Below, one piece after another: positions 62,206-64,000 of a stretch of 64,000 bases of DNA. The DNA is taken from assembly GCA_052327205.1 (NCBI GenBank), contig CM126203.1, forward strand, positions 20,646,001-20,710,000. The letters run 5' to 3'. Position 1 is the stretch's first letter; every line of letters starts with the position of its first letter. The DNA is from Somniosus microcephalus. Its lineage: Eukaryota. The position numbers were made by a program, and so were the translations under genes. The notes under the pieces are model-generated. The model made no database searches and was not told the DNA's origin. It saw only the letters and a list, made by a program, of their open reading frames with translations.

Positions 62206-62896
62206 CACCTGAATCCCAAATCTCCATCTTCGCTCAGACCTTCCCCGAAAAAGAGAGCAAAAAGCAGACACAGACTGAAGCCATTGCGCCTGCATGTAGC
62301 CAGTGGCAGTTCTTGTGGGCCTGTGTTTAGTGTAGGGTTCGTTGACCTGGATAGCAGACTCAGAGGTGGATGGGACGGTGGGCGGGGATGATGGTGTTCT
62401 CTAGAAGCGTGAAGGTGAAAGGGAGGTAGACTTGACACATTGCAAGTGATGGTTCCGAGATAATAATGTTCAGTAATAAGGATTGCTGATTGAGGACTGA
62501 TGCAGGAGACGATGAGATAAAAGATAATTCTGCTCAATAATAAGGACTGTAGATTCAGAAGGGTCACAGAGAGCTGACAAGGAGAAAGATGACGGTGGTT
62601 AGTAATAAGCACTGTAGATTCGCAAGCATTCCCAGGGGGTGACAGCTGGCATAGATGATGATGCTCAGAAGGATTGGAGATACAGGTAGGTCGAAAGAGA
62701 GATAACTGGGAGATAACTGATAGTGTTCAGTAATAAGAACAGCAAACCCAGGATGGTTAGAGACAGAAATGATAGGAACTATCAGGAGATATGTAGCTCT
62801 TAGAGAAAAACATTATTTGAGAACTTGCCTTAAAGTTACATTGTGGCATGTTGCCCTTTGAATCGAAATGATGTAGTGTTCCCTTAATGACTCATT

Positions 62897-63031
62897 GGGG
62901 GTAATTTTAACTTCTGGTGATGGTGTAAGATGGGTGATATCGAATTAGCCGAACGTTGTACACCCGCTCGGTTTTTCTTTCCATTCAAGTCACCATCTTA
63001 TACCGTTGCCAAAAGTTAAACAAAATCCCCA
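62897..63031. mobile_element. MITE related to 15398-15573
   Basis: ggggtaattttaacttctggtgatggtgtaagatgg ... ccatcttataccgttgccaaaagttaaacaaaatcccc. Confidence 0.6.
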
Positions 63032-63064
63032 AGTGAGTTTATCCAGTACGGTCACGTACTCAAA

Positions 63065-63395
63065 CCCTGGTCTGTGCTGAGTCCACTGATTTCAGCCAGC
63101 GTCTAGGCAGGACCACTACAACTGGCCCCCAGTGCCCCTTGGCTAGCCGGGGGGGGGGGGTGGGGGAGGAAATTAGATCGGGATCCAACTCCTGCTCACT
63201 ACTCAACAGGTTCTGGTTAGTGAACGTTGGGTGAAGACATGACTGGACACGGCTGTGATGCTTTCCACAGTCGAACAGCCAGCCACGCACGCAATCATAA
63301 TTGCCCCTTGGGTGAGGCACTGGAGGGGGCCTTGTGCATGTGGAACCATACCCAAGGCAAGGAGTCGATGCCTGCAGGAGAGGAGTGGAGAAACA
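63065..63395 (+). repeat. Old SINE-like interspersed repeat
   Basis: Shares 3' motifs with 6730-6902. Confidence 0.45.
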
Positions 63396-64000
63396 ACGGT
63401 GGAGAAAACTTGAAGAAAGCTCACGGATAGCAGGCAGCCGAGATTTTGTGTACCAGCCCAGACAGATAACCCTCTTTACAACTCCTTGTAAAATATCACA
63501 ACTTCAAATATAAGTCACTTTATGACTCCTTCACAAATAGAGAACCCATATGAAAATTCCTGCTAGCTGTTCTGTAGGACTCCCATGATCAGTGTTATTT
63601 GGAAGGAAGGGAGTGCGGGGGGGGGGGGTGCGTTTACTGTATGGCCATTAAATTGTAGCAAAAAGTGAGGGACTGGAGCATTAAAGACCCACAGGGAATA
63701 TAAAACCACTGTAAAGGCGCTGACAAAAAATGTCTATAAGCACAATGGGTATCAGATAGTGATGGCAAGATAAATGATGATGCCTTGCTCTGCAGCGTCT
63801 ATGCAGCAGCTTAGCTAAGGATCTGTGACTCTACATGAAACAAACACAATGGTGACTGATGGAAGAGTGAAAGACCATTTTCTGTGGCATTACAAATCAC
63901 CTCAGGCCTCTTGTTTAGCACCAGCTTAATCAATAAAAGCCCAGGATGCGTTCCAGAAGAGTGAAGAATAAACCAAGATGGGGGAACGGTCAGGATCAAA

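Noticed and set aside
61925-62227. Minus ORF with poly-Ala/Thr
   Set aside because: Antisense of the beta exon and the trinucleotide tract.

Overview
Eukaryotic, repeat-rich genomic DNA, almost certainly from a cartilaginous fish (shark). The evidence is HE1-type V-SINEs, a SacSINE1/DeuSINE-type SINE, abundant CR1 and L2 LINEs and Penelope-like ends. Most of the window looks like one large intron of a + strand neuregulin gene. The only host exons I can support are the three EGF-domain exons: a 121-nt common exon (53714-53834, NRG2-like), a 68-nt alpha exon (61180-61247) and a 59-nt beta exon (62038-62096). The alpha and beta exons, and the beta3-type read-through tail after beta, resemble NRG1. 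The rest is nested retrotransposon fragments, MITEs and three minisatellite families (21, 23 and 31 bp), which explain nearly all the long ORFs. Most notable: (1) the NRG2/NRG1 mosaic EGF cassette with a dual-frame beta exon; (2) a LINE/LINE junction copied between loci 56 kb apart; (3) degenerate hammerhead-ribozyme motifs in Penelope-like ends; (4) a G-quadruplex minisatellite; (5) a candidate 102-aa nested ORF; (6) a MITE carrying RFX X-boxes. Comparisons with known sequences are from recall and need alignment. Repeat boundaries are approximate.
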